Shown piece after piece: positions 47,622 to 56,067 of a stretch of 56,067 nt of DNA (positions are counted from its first letter, which is position 1; the number at the start of each line of letters is the position of its first letter). The notes under the pieces were generated by a model, which ran no database searches, was not told the DNA's origin, and was given only the letters and a program-made list of their open reading frames with translations. Made by a program: the position numbers and the translations under genes. The stretch comes from Bdellovibrionota bacterium FG-2 (lineage in GTDB: Bacteria > Bdellovibrionota > UBA1018), in assembly GCA_051382305.1 (NCBI GenBank), contig JBBCAV010000224.1, positions 1 through 56,067 of the forward strand, given 5' to 3'.

Positions 47622-48365
47622 CTATTCTTCGGTCTTCAAAACAGCAGTCAGTCCAGCCGCCCCTAAACCCTCGGGCATCGGCAAAACAAACCGACGAGTG
47701 AGCCCCGGCAACATGTTCTGTCCTTCAAATACTTGAAGAGCATCACCCTTAAGAACGACTTCTTTTGCAGGTGAACTCAATACGAGTTTCATCCGAGAGA
47801 GCACCAGATGAACTCCGCCTTTGTTTTGGATCCGAACGAGAAGCTTACGAACTTGAAAAGCTTCGGCCGAAACCTTCAGATCAGGCTTCACGCCAGAAGG
47901 CGTAATATAGATTGAGCCCACATAACGAAATAGCACATGAATCATGGCCCCGGTCTTTTGTTCATTCTTTGGTTTTTGGGTATCCACTGGCAACTGCTCC
48001 GCAATGATCCGATACGCAAGCTCAGTCGCGGGCTGTGCACTTCCCTTCCAACTCACACGAATCGTGCGTTTCTCTTTGGGTTCCAAAATCATTTGCGATG
48101 GAAACACAACAAAAAGATTCTCAAGCTCCGCAGGCTCTGGATTCGTCTCCTCGCCTTCCTCACTAATGAGGCGCTGGGTGATAGAAACTTGAATCGGGAT
48201 TTTTTCGGCAGAATCATTTTCAATGACAAACGCCTGCGTCGCGCCTTTACCCGAGGGCTCGAAGCTTACTGACATCGGGGACAAGGTAAACGCAGACGCG
48301 ATGGGGAGATAAAAAAACGCCAGGAAACCGAAAATTATTCCTCTAGTCATTATTTTTATAATCAT
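47622..48365 (-). CDS. Fimbrial chaperone (PapD-like)
   Basis: VFPSQMIL.P...RTIRV.W, ELAYRIIAEQLP, Y.GSIYITP, N.G..H. Confidence 0.88.
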   Translation of the reverse strand: MIIKIMTRGIIFGFLAFFYLPIASAFTLSPMSVSFEPSGKGATQAFVIENDSAEKIPIQVSITQRLISEEGEETNPEPAELENLFVVFPSQMILEPKEKRTIRVSWKGSAQPATELAYRIIAEQLPVDTQKPKNEQKTGAMIHVLFRYVGSIYITPSGVKPDLKVSAEAFQVRKLLVRIQNKGGVHLVLSRMKLVLSSPAKEVVLKGDALQVFEGQNMLPGLTRRFVLPMPEGLGAAGLTAVLKTEE

Positions 48366-48369
48366 GCCC

Positions 48370-48909
48370 TCAAGGTGCCGCAACCGTTACGACAAGTCGA
48401 TCAGAAAATCTGCTAGAGCTGCCTCCTCGGAAACGAATTGAGATATCTTGCTTTACAGCCTGACGAGAGGCACCTCTCATGAATACCGATTCGGTCCTTT
48501 CCGAGGGTTTCGTCTTCTTTCCTTCTTTGTCGCCCTCCAATTTGATTGAATAGGCAGGGGATCGATTCGGTCCAGAAGAAGCCCCAGAGGTAGAACGAAG
48601 ACTCACAAAAAATCCGTCCTGCAAATTACTGGACCCCAACAGCCGCAAAACCTCAAAATCACCTGCGCCTTTGCCCTCACCTCTAAACACGCCCCAGGGA
48701 ATAACCGCATTGAGCGACCCCCGCGAGACGCTGACATTGGCGGAGCCCGAAACGAATGCTGCAAGCATTAGGCTCGAGGAACCTGAGCCCCCAGAACCCA
48801 TTGTCGGAATGGATGAAACCGCACTCAACACGAAACAAATCCCCAGCACGCCGCAACGCACCACAAAAGGAATAATGGCAAAACCCGAACCCCTAACATC
48901 ATGACTCAT
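48370..48909 (-). CDS. Divergent pilin-like subunit
   Basis: Aligns by eye to the 49155 pilin (N..G..V...ST and SD.L..T..P ends). Confidence 0.55.
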   Translation of the reverse strand: MSHDVRGSGFAIIPFVVRCGVLGICFVLSAVSSIPTMGSGGSGSSSLMLAAFVSGSANVSVSRGSLNAVIPWGVFRGEGKGAGDFEVLRLLGSSNLQDGFFVSLRSTSGASSGPNRSPAYSIKLEGDKEGKKTKPSERTESVFMRGASRQAVKQDISIRFRGGSSSRFSDRLVVTVAAP

Positions 48910-49154
48910 CTGAAACCCCGCATTCTTTTAGGGAGATACCCCGTTTATTAATATTATTTTACATTCCATGTCACTGTGCGTCAAGTGATATGGTGTAATT
49001 TTTTCTAGCAATATGAAACCACTATGAAATAATTACATATAAGTCCCACTAGCCCCTTTGGGGTTAGGCACGAACGGACGATGTATTAGTGAACAACTGT
49101 GGTGACCAGAAGGATTCTGCAAACCACAAACAAACAAAAGAGGGGCATCTCATA

Positions 49155-49649
49155 ATGAAATCAAATTATTTAATCGTTTCCACAAAAACTCTCATCATCG
49201 CATCAAGTGTGGCCTTTGCCGTAAATACCCAAGCCGCCACCACCGGCACCATCACCCTCTCAGGGGCCGTGGCCGCAGCCACCGCAATCGTAGTCACGCC
49301 GGCCGCAGGGTATAATGCCTTGGATCTATCGACAACACAGTCCAACCTCAACGTCGCAACCGTCCGAGAAATCAACAACACAACCCTGGGTTACACCGTG
49401 AAAGTCGCCTCCACGAATGCCGGATTATTGAAAAACGGAACGCTAGGCAGCGTGACCTATACCGCTCAGTACAACAGTTCGGGATTCACGCTCTCGGCGA
49501 CTCCACAAACCGTAACGACGAGCGCACCCGCTAACTCGATCGTCAACGTTACAAAGCCACTGACGGTGAGCTACACCGGAACCGCTGCAGAAAACCTCAT
49601 GCAGGGATCCTATAGCGATACGTTGACCTTTACGATTACGTCGCCTTAA
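49155..49649 (+). CDS. Major fimbrial subunit
   Basis: Signal peptide; ATTGTITLSGAV; NN..GYTV...S.N; GSYSDTLTFTI; SD gagggg. Confidence 0.8.
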   Translation: MKSNYLIVSTKTLIIASSVAFAVNTQAATTGTITLSGAVAAATAIVVTPAAGYNALDLSTTQSNLNVATVREINNTTLGYTVKVASTNAGLLKNGTLGSVTYTAQYNSSGFTLSATPQTVTTSAPANSIVNVTKPLTVSYTGTAAENLMQGSYSDTLTFTITSP

Positions 49650-50635
49650 TCCTCGCACCGTTTCTCTAAAAACCGCTGCGCAAATCGCATCGTCTGCGTC
49701 TCGGTATCCAGTCTCTTCAAGGTATTCTTGCACGCCGTGAGATTGAGCTCACGATATTCATGCATCAACGCTGCGGGATACGGCGCGTTTCCGGTTGAAG
49801 AATAGAGGACGGGCGAGTCCTTCGATAAGAGAGGGAACATGGATTTCTCGGGTCCCAAATTTTTCTGTAGCTCCACAAACCATTTGCCTGAGCGATAAAA
49901 ATCCCGGCGAATCATCTCACGCATCTCTCCATGCACCGAAGCGGGCAAGCGCATCGAGCCCGCTGCCACATAACGCCCACATCGCTCAATGGTGATCGCG
50001 TCCGACGGAAAAATCTGGGAAGCAACCTCACACTCTTGCGCCACGGCCTCAACCTCTCCACCCTCGCCTTCGATTGCAGCAAGCATGTAACGCCCCGGGG
50101 TCAATTCGGGATCATAAGGATCCCAAGCCGGAGGCGCGGTGGCATGCACGAGCTCATGGGCAATATCCAAAACAGTTTCAACAAGGGTTTGCCCCTGCCG
50201 GATGAAAACGGTCACATCCCGCGTACGACGCTCTTTTCCCGTCCGAGGATCTAAACTCCTCGTCAATACGGCATCCGTTCGGGAAGCCAACCCCCAGGTG
50301 ATTCGAGACAGAACGTCGGAGCTCGAATTTAATCGCCAATAGTGCCGAGCCCGCTCCAGAAGCTCTTTCCCGGAGCGCGAGGACCCCAGGCGTGACACCG
50401 CCTGGACAAGGGCGACCTGAGGCGGAGAACTTCCTGTAATTCCAGGCATTTCCGACAACCCCACCCCGAGGACCAACAACGTAAAAGCGATTCCATGAAC
50501 CCACCAACGAGTCATAAATGGGTATCGGCAAATTTTTCCTAAACCTTCAAAAAAAGAACCCACCCGCTTGACGCGGCGCATCAAGCGGTATAGGGTGCGA
50601 CCAATCCACTGAACTACCCAGCGGGGCAAACGCAT
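49646..50635 (-). CDS. Membrane-anchored putative zinc metallopeptidase
   Basis: TM segment; AHELVHA with downstream EVEA. True start may be 50581 or 50515. Confidence 0.6.
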   Translation of the reverse strand: MRLPRWVVQWIGRTLYRLMRRVKRVGSFFEGLGKICRYPFMTRWWVHGIAFTLLVLGVGLSEMPGITGSSPPQVALVQAVSRLGSSRSGKELLERARHYWRLNSSSDVLSRITWGLASRTDAVLTRSLDPRTGKERRTRDVTVFIRQGQTLVETVLDIAHELVHATAPPAWDPYDPELTPGRYMLAAIEGEGGEVEAVAQECEVASQIFPSDAITIERCGRYVAAGSMRLPASVHGEMREMIRRDFYRSGKWFVELQKNLGPEKSMFPLLSKDSPVLYSSTGNAPYPAALMHEYRELNLTACKNTLKRLDTETQTMRFAQRFLEKRCED

Positions 50636-50658
50636 TACAGAAACAAAAAGGGCAACCT

Positions 50659-51273
50659 ATGAAATCTCAGAAATCAGGACTCAGCACCACAATCGCAGCA
50701 AGCGCACTCACTCTCTGCACTGCACTGCTTGGAACCACCTCAAATCCAGCACAAGCCGGAACGTTTAGCACTGGACGCAATCAGGGACCGTTTTTGAAAG
50801 TAACAAACATGCCCGAAGGGCTAGGATTCAAACTCTTTTACGCCTACCAAAAGGCGTTTAACGCCGCAAAAACTTGCGCCGCACTCCAAGAAACATCTGA
50901 TCTCACCCGGCTTCGCGAGAAGCTCCTTGATATCATGGCGAACCAGACCATTGATGCCGAAGGCGAAGGATTTGAACTAACCTGCGACAAAGGAGGCGAC
51001 CCCAGTAAGGGCCAACTCCTCATGGACAATGGAAACGGCAAACAAATTTGCTACAACCCCAAGAGTGACTGCGGTGGCGCGACCCCCAACTTCTTGCGAT
51101 TAGGCTGGGGCACGGATCTGATTATCACACCCATGACCATGAGTGGACTCTGTGGGAGAAGTCTACCCACCATGGTTCTGAGTTTCATGATCGATCGCTT
51201 TGGAAACCTCGAAGCGGCGGAATCAGAAAAAGTTGCACTTGCCTGCGTCCGGCAGATCAAAGCGCAGCCCTAG
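50659..51273 (+). CDS. Secreted Cys-rich hypothetical protein
   Basis: Signal peptide (PAQA); six Cys in the mature part. Confidence 0.65.
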   Translation: MKSQKSGLSTTIAASALTLCTALLGTTSNPAQAGTFSTGRNQGPFLKVTNMPEGLGFKLFYAYQKAFNAAKTCAALQETSDLTRLREKLLDIMANQTIDAEGEGFELTCDKGGDPSKGQLLMDNGNGKQICYNPKSDCGGATPNFLRLGWGTDLIITPMTMSGLCGRSLPTMVLSFMIDRFGNLEAAESEKVALACVRQIKAQP

Positions 51274-53597
51274 AATTTCACAAGCTCTCCGCGGATTTTC
51301 GTCCAGCTTAAGGGAAACACACGCTGCTCCAGCCCGCACTGCGCCCACTTTTGCCAAGGACCATCGACACCAGCCAAATCTCGGGCATCCACATCCCGAT
51401 TGGAGCCCGCGAGCACTGAGTAGACCGTGGGAGGATTTGAAAGCTCAACAAGCATGCGTTGCGAAGCGCCTTCCTTGTGTCTAAATTCGCCTGCCTGCCA
51501 ATCCGAAGTACCGGGATTAACCGAAAAATCATCACCAGGAGTAGAAATCGGCGCAGCACTAAACCACCCCTCCCCCGCTAAATGCCGAAAATAGTTGCGA
51601 TGAAGATCGCCCCATTTTGGGAGGAGTCCATCTCCATTGCCCTGAAGTTCATTTAGGACCAGAGCGAAACTCTCAAAAACCGTCTTCTTAAGTTCCACAT
51701 CCGCTCCGGCCGTGAGCTTTCGATACAATGCCGTTTCATTCAAATGTTGTGCAGAAAGAATTTCATTCACCCAACGCCGATAAAGCCCGCACGCACGACA
51801 ATTTAGATTGGCTTCAAAATTCCAGCCTTCGATGAGCTTAAACCCCTTAATCTGCTTCGAATCCAAACTCGACTCGCGAAGCACTCGCAAGAGCATTGGA
51901 GCTAGAAACCTAGCGTCCACAGCCTGCACATCACACTGAATTTCCCGCTGCGTTTCAAGCGTGTGACGAGCAGTCTTGGTCAAAAGCTCTTCGATCCTAA
52001 ACGCCCGAAACCCCAAACACGGGCCCCGACCTGGATTCAGACTGGCCTGGGCAGGCCACTGCCGATTATTCGCAGTGACGATATAGCCGCGTTTGGGATT
52101 AAAAACGTGAGGCATCTCGAGGGCACTTAATACTGCATTCTGGCCCGCATTCTCCCCTTTCTGCTCCACCTTCATCAGACGCTCGCGAGGCACACCAAAA
52201 AATGGCGACTCCTCTAATTTAAATACTCGCCCGACTGACCGATAGCCCACGGTGCCCTGGGTATCTGCAAAAACAAAATTCCAGGTCGGCACCCCCACTT
52301 TCGCCAAGGCCCGATCCACGCCTGAAGCCGATTGGGCCAATCCCAGTTCAAACAGCGCAGACAGATCTGACCCTTGAAGATCATAGCCACTCCACTGAAG
52401 CACGAGCGCTCTGCCGTCTGGCGCGCTCAACGGGAGCACTGGCAAGCCGGTCTTGGTGCGCTGAAAAGTTTTAAAAAAGAACGGGAATTTTATTTTCCAA
52501 AAACGCACCCAAATCCATGGGCGAACGCTAGGTACATTATCAAGCTCCGCTTGCGGGACATAAAACACGCGCGCGGCCGGCAGAAAAGCATTGGTCAAGC
52601 CCCACGCAGCTGATGTGTTTGCGCCGCTAACAACCACGGGCACCCCTGGCAAACTCGCACCAATCACGTCCAAAAGTTTCCCGGATACATCATATCCGGT
52701 GACATGCCCCCAATACCAAAACGGCGGATGCTTCAAAGACAAGTGCGGATCATTGGCTAGCCAAGCCCGCCCACTTTTTGTGCGCGTTGGCGCCAGCACC
52801 CAGTTATTACTCCCTCCACCAGCGGCCGAGCCAAAGAGGTCGGGAAATGCATCGATCGCAGAACGAGCCCGAGCCCCACTTGGGGCACGCGTGCCGCCAT
52901 CTCGTGCCGCCGCCGATGGCTTCACAGGAAATTCCCCAGGCTTTAGCACTGAAACATCCCAAGGAAGTCCGTCATTTGAAAATAGCTCGGCTGCCCCCTG
53001 CGCATGAACATCATGCCACTTCTCTTCATTCATGGAATGCTGAAAAACTCGCTTTGTTTGATCAAAGGACTGCAGCAAAATCAGCATCACCGAATCTTCA
53101 GCCCGCCAAGGCTCCAGTCCATAGTCGAGAGCTTTAAGCTCGTAAGATCCTTGTTTTTGCGCCTCGACAAACCCGCGATTCACACCCTCAGAATAGGCCC
53201 AGAATCTCGACTGATCGACCCGAGGCAGCGTGCTATAGATTCTTTCTGCAAGCTCTCGCAACCCCAAAAGACGCATCAAAAAATCGCTGCGAATCTGATC
53301 CCGACCCAAAACCTCTGCGGTACGGCCCTGAGCGGTGCGCCTGAAAAAATCCATCTGCCAGGCACGATCTTTTCCATGCAAATACCCAAAACACGCATAA
53401 ACGGCGAAGGGATCTTGGGTATCCCGAGGGCGCACATGAGGAATTCCCTGCGCGTCTTGAAAAACCTCGCACGACATCCCTTTAAGGCGCGATGCAATAT
53501 CTGTTGGCACTTCATCTCCAGAGGCGCGAAGAGATGCACCGTAGGCCACAAGGGTCACAGTAATTATCAGAAAAATCTTCTGAAGCCGCTTTTTCAT
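51270..53597 (-). CDS. Penicillin acylase family Ntn-hydrolase (S45)
   Basis: D..GIPHV, DR.WQMD..RR...G..AE, GSNNW, ANDPHL, WGLTN, TANN; start MKKRL at 53597. Confidence 0.92.
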   Translation of the reverse strand: MKKRLQKIFLIITVTLVAYGASLRASGDEVPTDIASRLKGMSCEVFQDAQGIPHVRPRDTQDPFAVYACFGYLHGKDRAWQMDFFRRTAQGRTAEVLGRDQIRSDFLMRLLGLRELAERIYSTLPRVDQSRFWAYSEGVNRGFVEAQKQGSYELKALDYGLEPWRAEDSVMLILLQSFDQTKRVFQHSMNEEKWHDVHAQGAAELFSNDGLPWDVSVLKPGEFPVKPSAAARDGGTRAPSGARARSAIDAFPDLFGSAAGGGSNNWVLAPTRTKSGRAWLANDPHLSLKHPPFWYWGHVTGYDVSGKLLDVIGASLPGVPVVVSGANTSAAWGLTNAFLPAARVFYVPQAELDNVPSVRPWIWVRFWKIKFPFFFKTFQRTKTGLPVLPLSAPDGRALVLQWSGYDLQGSDLSALFELGLAQSASGVDRALAKVGVPTWNFVFADTQGTVGYRSVGRVFKLEESPFFGVPRERLMKVEQKGENAGQNAVLSALEMPHVFNPKRGYIVTANNRQWPAQASLNPGRGPCLGFRAFRIEELLTKTARHTLETQREIQCDVQAVDARFLAPMLLRVLRESSLDSKQIKGFKLIEGWNFEANLNCRACGLYRRWVNEILSAQHLNETALYRKLTAGADVELKKTVFESFALVLNELQGNGDGLLPKWGDLHRNYFRHLAGEGWFSAAPISTPGDDFSVNPGTSDWQAGEFRHKEGASQRMLVELSNPPTVYSVLAGSNRDVDARDLAGVDGPWQKWAQCGLEQRVFPLSWTKIRGELVKF

Positions 53598-53625
53598 TTG
53601 TGTCTTTAAAGCTATCATCGTCGTC

Positions 53626-54957
53626 ATGAAACCTTTTTTGAAACTCTTTGAAGATCTCCAATACCGCGGACTTGTCAAGCAATTTACTGATCCCGCGCTC
53701 CCCGAGCTCGTAAACGGCGCCCCCATGACGCTGTACTGCGGATTTGATCCTACCGCAGACAGCCTGCACATTGGCCATCTTTTACCGCTAATGACCTTAC
53801 GCCGGTTTCAGCTTGCGGGCCACCGACCTATTGCGGTCGTCGGCGGCGCCACCGGAATGATAGGCGACCCAAGCGGCAAATCTCAAGAACGCAATCTTTT
53901 GATAAAAGAAGTGCTGGAAAAAAACGTCGCAGGAATTCGCGCCGTGATTTCACGTTTTCTCGATTTAGACTCAAGCCATGTCGGCTGCGCAAAAGTCGTC
54001 AACAATGCCGATTGGTTTGAGGGACATTCTTACATCAGTTTCTTACGCGATGTGGGCAAGCACTTCACGATCAACCACATGATGACCAAAGAATCCGTGC
54101 GCGCCCGCCTCGAAGATCGGGAGCATGGCATCTCTTACACGGAATTTTCATATATGCTGCTGCAAGCCTACGACTTCTACTGGCTTAACAAGCAAGAAAA
54201 CTGCACGCTACAAATCGGAGGCTCCGATCAATGGGGCAATATCACAGCCGGCATCGAACTCACTCGCAGAATGCGTGCCGCTGAAGAAGGTTACAGCCCC
54301 GAAAATGCCGCCGAAAAAGACCCGACTTACGGGATCACGCTCCCACTTGTATTAAAATCCGATGGCACAAAGTTTGGCAAAACCGAAGGAGGGGCAATCT
54401 GGCTGGATGCAGATAAAACCTCGCCCTATCGCCTCTATCAGTTTCTTATCCAAACCCCGGACGCGGATGTCATGACCTTGATCAAGTACTTTACGTTTCT
54501 CTCCCACGAGCGGATAAATGAACTAGATACATCGATGAAAACGCAGCCCGAGAAACGCGAAGCTCAAAACACTTTGGCCCGCGAGCTCACGCGCCTCACC
54601 CATGGGGATGACGAACTCGCTCGCGCCGAGCGCGCCAGTGCCGCCCTTTTTGGCGCAGGCATCCGGGAGCTTGATGAAAAAACGCTGCTGGATGTTTTCT
54701 CCGAAGCGCCCTCGACAAGCAGGGGGAAAAATTCGCTTGCAAGCGCGGGAGTCGCACTCGTGGATCTCTTAGCTGAGACAGGACTGCTGACCTCTAAGGG
54801 CGCCGCCCGCAAAGAGATCCTGGCAGGCGGAATTTATCTCAACAATGAACGCGTGACGGATGTCGCAAAAACAGTGACCACGGCCGACCTGCTGCCGGGC
54901 GCAACGCTGCTACTGCGCAAGGGGAAAAGGACGTATCACTTGGTGCGGTTCCATTAA
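53626..54957 (+). CDS. tyrS: Tyrosine--tRNA ligase
   Basis: YCGFDPTADSLHIGH, QIGGSDQWGNI, KFGKT, C-terminal S4 domain (RKGKR). Confidence 0.98.
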   Translation: MKPFLKLFEDLQYRGLVKQFTDPALPELVNGAPMTLYCGFDPTADSLHIGHLLPLMTLRRFQLAGHRPIAVVGGATGMIGDPSGKSQERNLLIKEVLEKNVAGIRAVISRFLDLDSSHVGCAKVVNNADWFEGHSYISFLRDVGKHFTINHMMTKESVRARLEDREHGISYTEFSYMLLQAYDFYWLNKQENCTLQIGGSDQWGNITAGIELTRRMRAAEEGYSPENAAEKDPTYGITLPLVLKSDGTKFGKTEGGAIWLDADKTSPYRLYQFLIQTPDADVMTLIKYFTFLSHERINELDTSMKTQPEKREAQNTLARELTRLTHGDDELARAERASAALFGAGIRELDEKTLLDVFSEAPSTSRGKNSLASAGVALVDLLAETGLLTSKGAARKEILAGGIYLNNERVTDVAKTVTTADLLPGATLLLRKGKRTYHLVRFH

Positions 54958-55081
54958 AAAAGTGACCGTTCTTTCGGTAAGTTAAGATCTCTGCCTATCA
55001 TACTCGTAAATTGTCCGCCTTTTTACGAGTATAGTCAGGAGGCAACTCACTTCATCGCACATGCTGGGCGCACCAAAAGCA

Positions 55082-55113
55082 CAAGGCCCACTCCGAAATC
55101 GGAGCAGGCCTTG
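55082..55113. terminator. Hairpin between convergent genes
   Basis: caaggcc-ca-ctccga-aa-tcggag-ca-ggccttg. Confidence 0.55.
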
Positions 55114-55145
55114 GACTTAAGCATTTATGCGTAAACTACAGTAAA

Positions 55146-56067
55146 CTACAACGAACTGGGGATCGTGAGCGTTGACTCTGAGAACGTCTTAGGCGCAATC
55201 CACTCAGTGGCCGCCATGAAGGACGCGGCCGCAATAGCACTATCTACCCCCGTACAATCGCTGTTCCAAGTTGCGCTCGTCAAGCTAGCTGCCGAATTGC
55301 AAAATGGATTTGCATAAGCAGCCAATGACCCTGCTTGCCCAAACATATCCTGAAGCCCCGGATTTGCCGAATAAGTGGCTAAGAGATTTGGAAACGAAAA
55401 GCTATCGATATCAGCCAAACTCGTCTCAGCCCGACTCATCAAGAAAACTTTTGCTTTAGCCGCAGCATCATTCGCCACAAAATCGGTATACATCGTGATC
55501 CCCGTCGAATCCGATGGGGTAGTAGAACACGTCAACCCCTGCCCAACCCAGCGCGGATTGTACATCATGGCCTTGCCTTTCCATAAAGTTCCCTCTCGCG
55601 CCATCTTAATCATGACACTCCCTGGCGCCGCCACGTCGGTAGAACTACACTCCATTCCCGCCATGTAAGCCGTCACACTCCAGTGGGTCTCATCCGTATA
55701 AGTACCACTAAACTGAAAAGTACCGGCAACCGGCGCGGAACCCACCGCACCCGCATCAGCAGGCATCCCATCAAAAGCCATCTTGAGATTGAAGTTAGCT
55801 CCATCCATATCAACATACAGATAGGGAACCCCAGCAGAGTTCTTGACAAGCACAGAGTATTTTGTAGCAGTAGTTTTTGAGTAGGAAATAACTTGCCCGT
55901 TATCAGTCGCAGTCCCCGACGCACCATCGGCAATTCCTGTAAGATTCGTGCCTACATTATCGACAACCTGCGCCGTCATGCTTCCAAAACTCTGTAATTG
56001 GCCAGCCGTCTAGGACATGAAGTCGGGTAATTTTCCTGCGAACAGCGTCCGCAGCGCATCCATGGGA
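55146..56067 (-). CDS. Hypothetical extracellular-type protein, 5' partial, with in-frame TAG at 56012-56010
   Basis: 277-aa ORF rich in A/T/S/G with Cys pairs; the frame stays open upstream to the window edge except for one TAG. Confidence 0.6.

Noticed and set aside
48910-49154. Invertible phase-variation switch for the pilus
   Set aside because: No long inverted repeats bounding the spacer and no recombinase nearby.
53598-53771. Long N-terminal extension of the acylase overlapping tyrS
   Set aside because: ORF-caller artefact; a signal-anchor start at 53597 removes the overlap.
1018-55933. Numerous short antisense or alternate-frame ORFs in the track (e.g. 1658..2164, 45627..46250, 53004..53609)
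   Set aside because: They shadow well-supported genes and show no motifs or independent signals.
56010-56012. Genome-wide TAG recoding or pyrrolysine
   Set aside because: TAG terminates many well-conserved genes here at their expected ends (e.g. khpA, rplS, rnhB, nadA).
1-56067. CRISPR array, tRNA, rRNA, transposase, integrase or phage genes
   Set aside because: No regularly spaced repeats or recognisable motifs found by eye.

Overview
Bacterial chromosomal window of roughly 45-55% GC. Gene content and order suggest a Bdellovibrionota/Oligoflexia-like (deltaproteobacterial-type) organism; this is an inference. Housekeeping content: rpsP-khpA-trmD-RNA methyltransferase-rplS-rnhB-yraN (no rimM), rsmI, HD-GYP-accD-lptD-SIS, surE-M23-PilZ-DUF155-ihfB, uppP, nadA and tyrS. 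Accessory content: a Calx-beta lipoprotein, a DUF3943 protein, a lower-GC glycan-modification cluster with a B12-radical SAM enzyme, an ATPase-less metal-uptake operon preceded by a CxxC/RAPP (DUF2946/CruR-like) leader ORF, a two-component pair, a Csu/SCPU-type chaperone-usher pilus cluster, several secreted HExxH metalloproteases and a penicillin acylase. Non-coding signals: two related CACTA-ended inverted-repeat elements, a promoter-to-terminator ~105-nt unit with GGA-loop hairpins upstream of an HD-GYP gene, and repeated promoter geometry consistent with leaderless mRNAs. Probably damaged genes: a frameshifted type IV pilin, an N-truncated histidine kinase, and an ORF with an in-frame TAG at the right edge. 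No rRNA, tRNA, CRISPR array, transposase or reverse transcriptase was recognised. All calls come from reading motifs by eye; no database searches were run.
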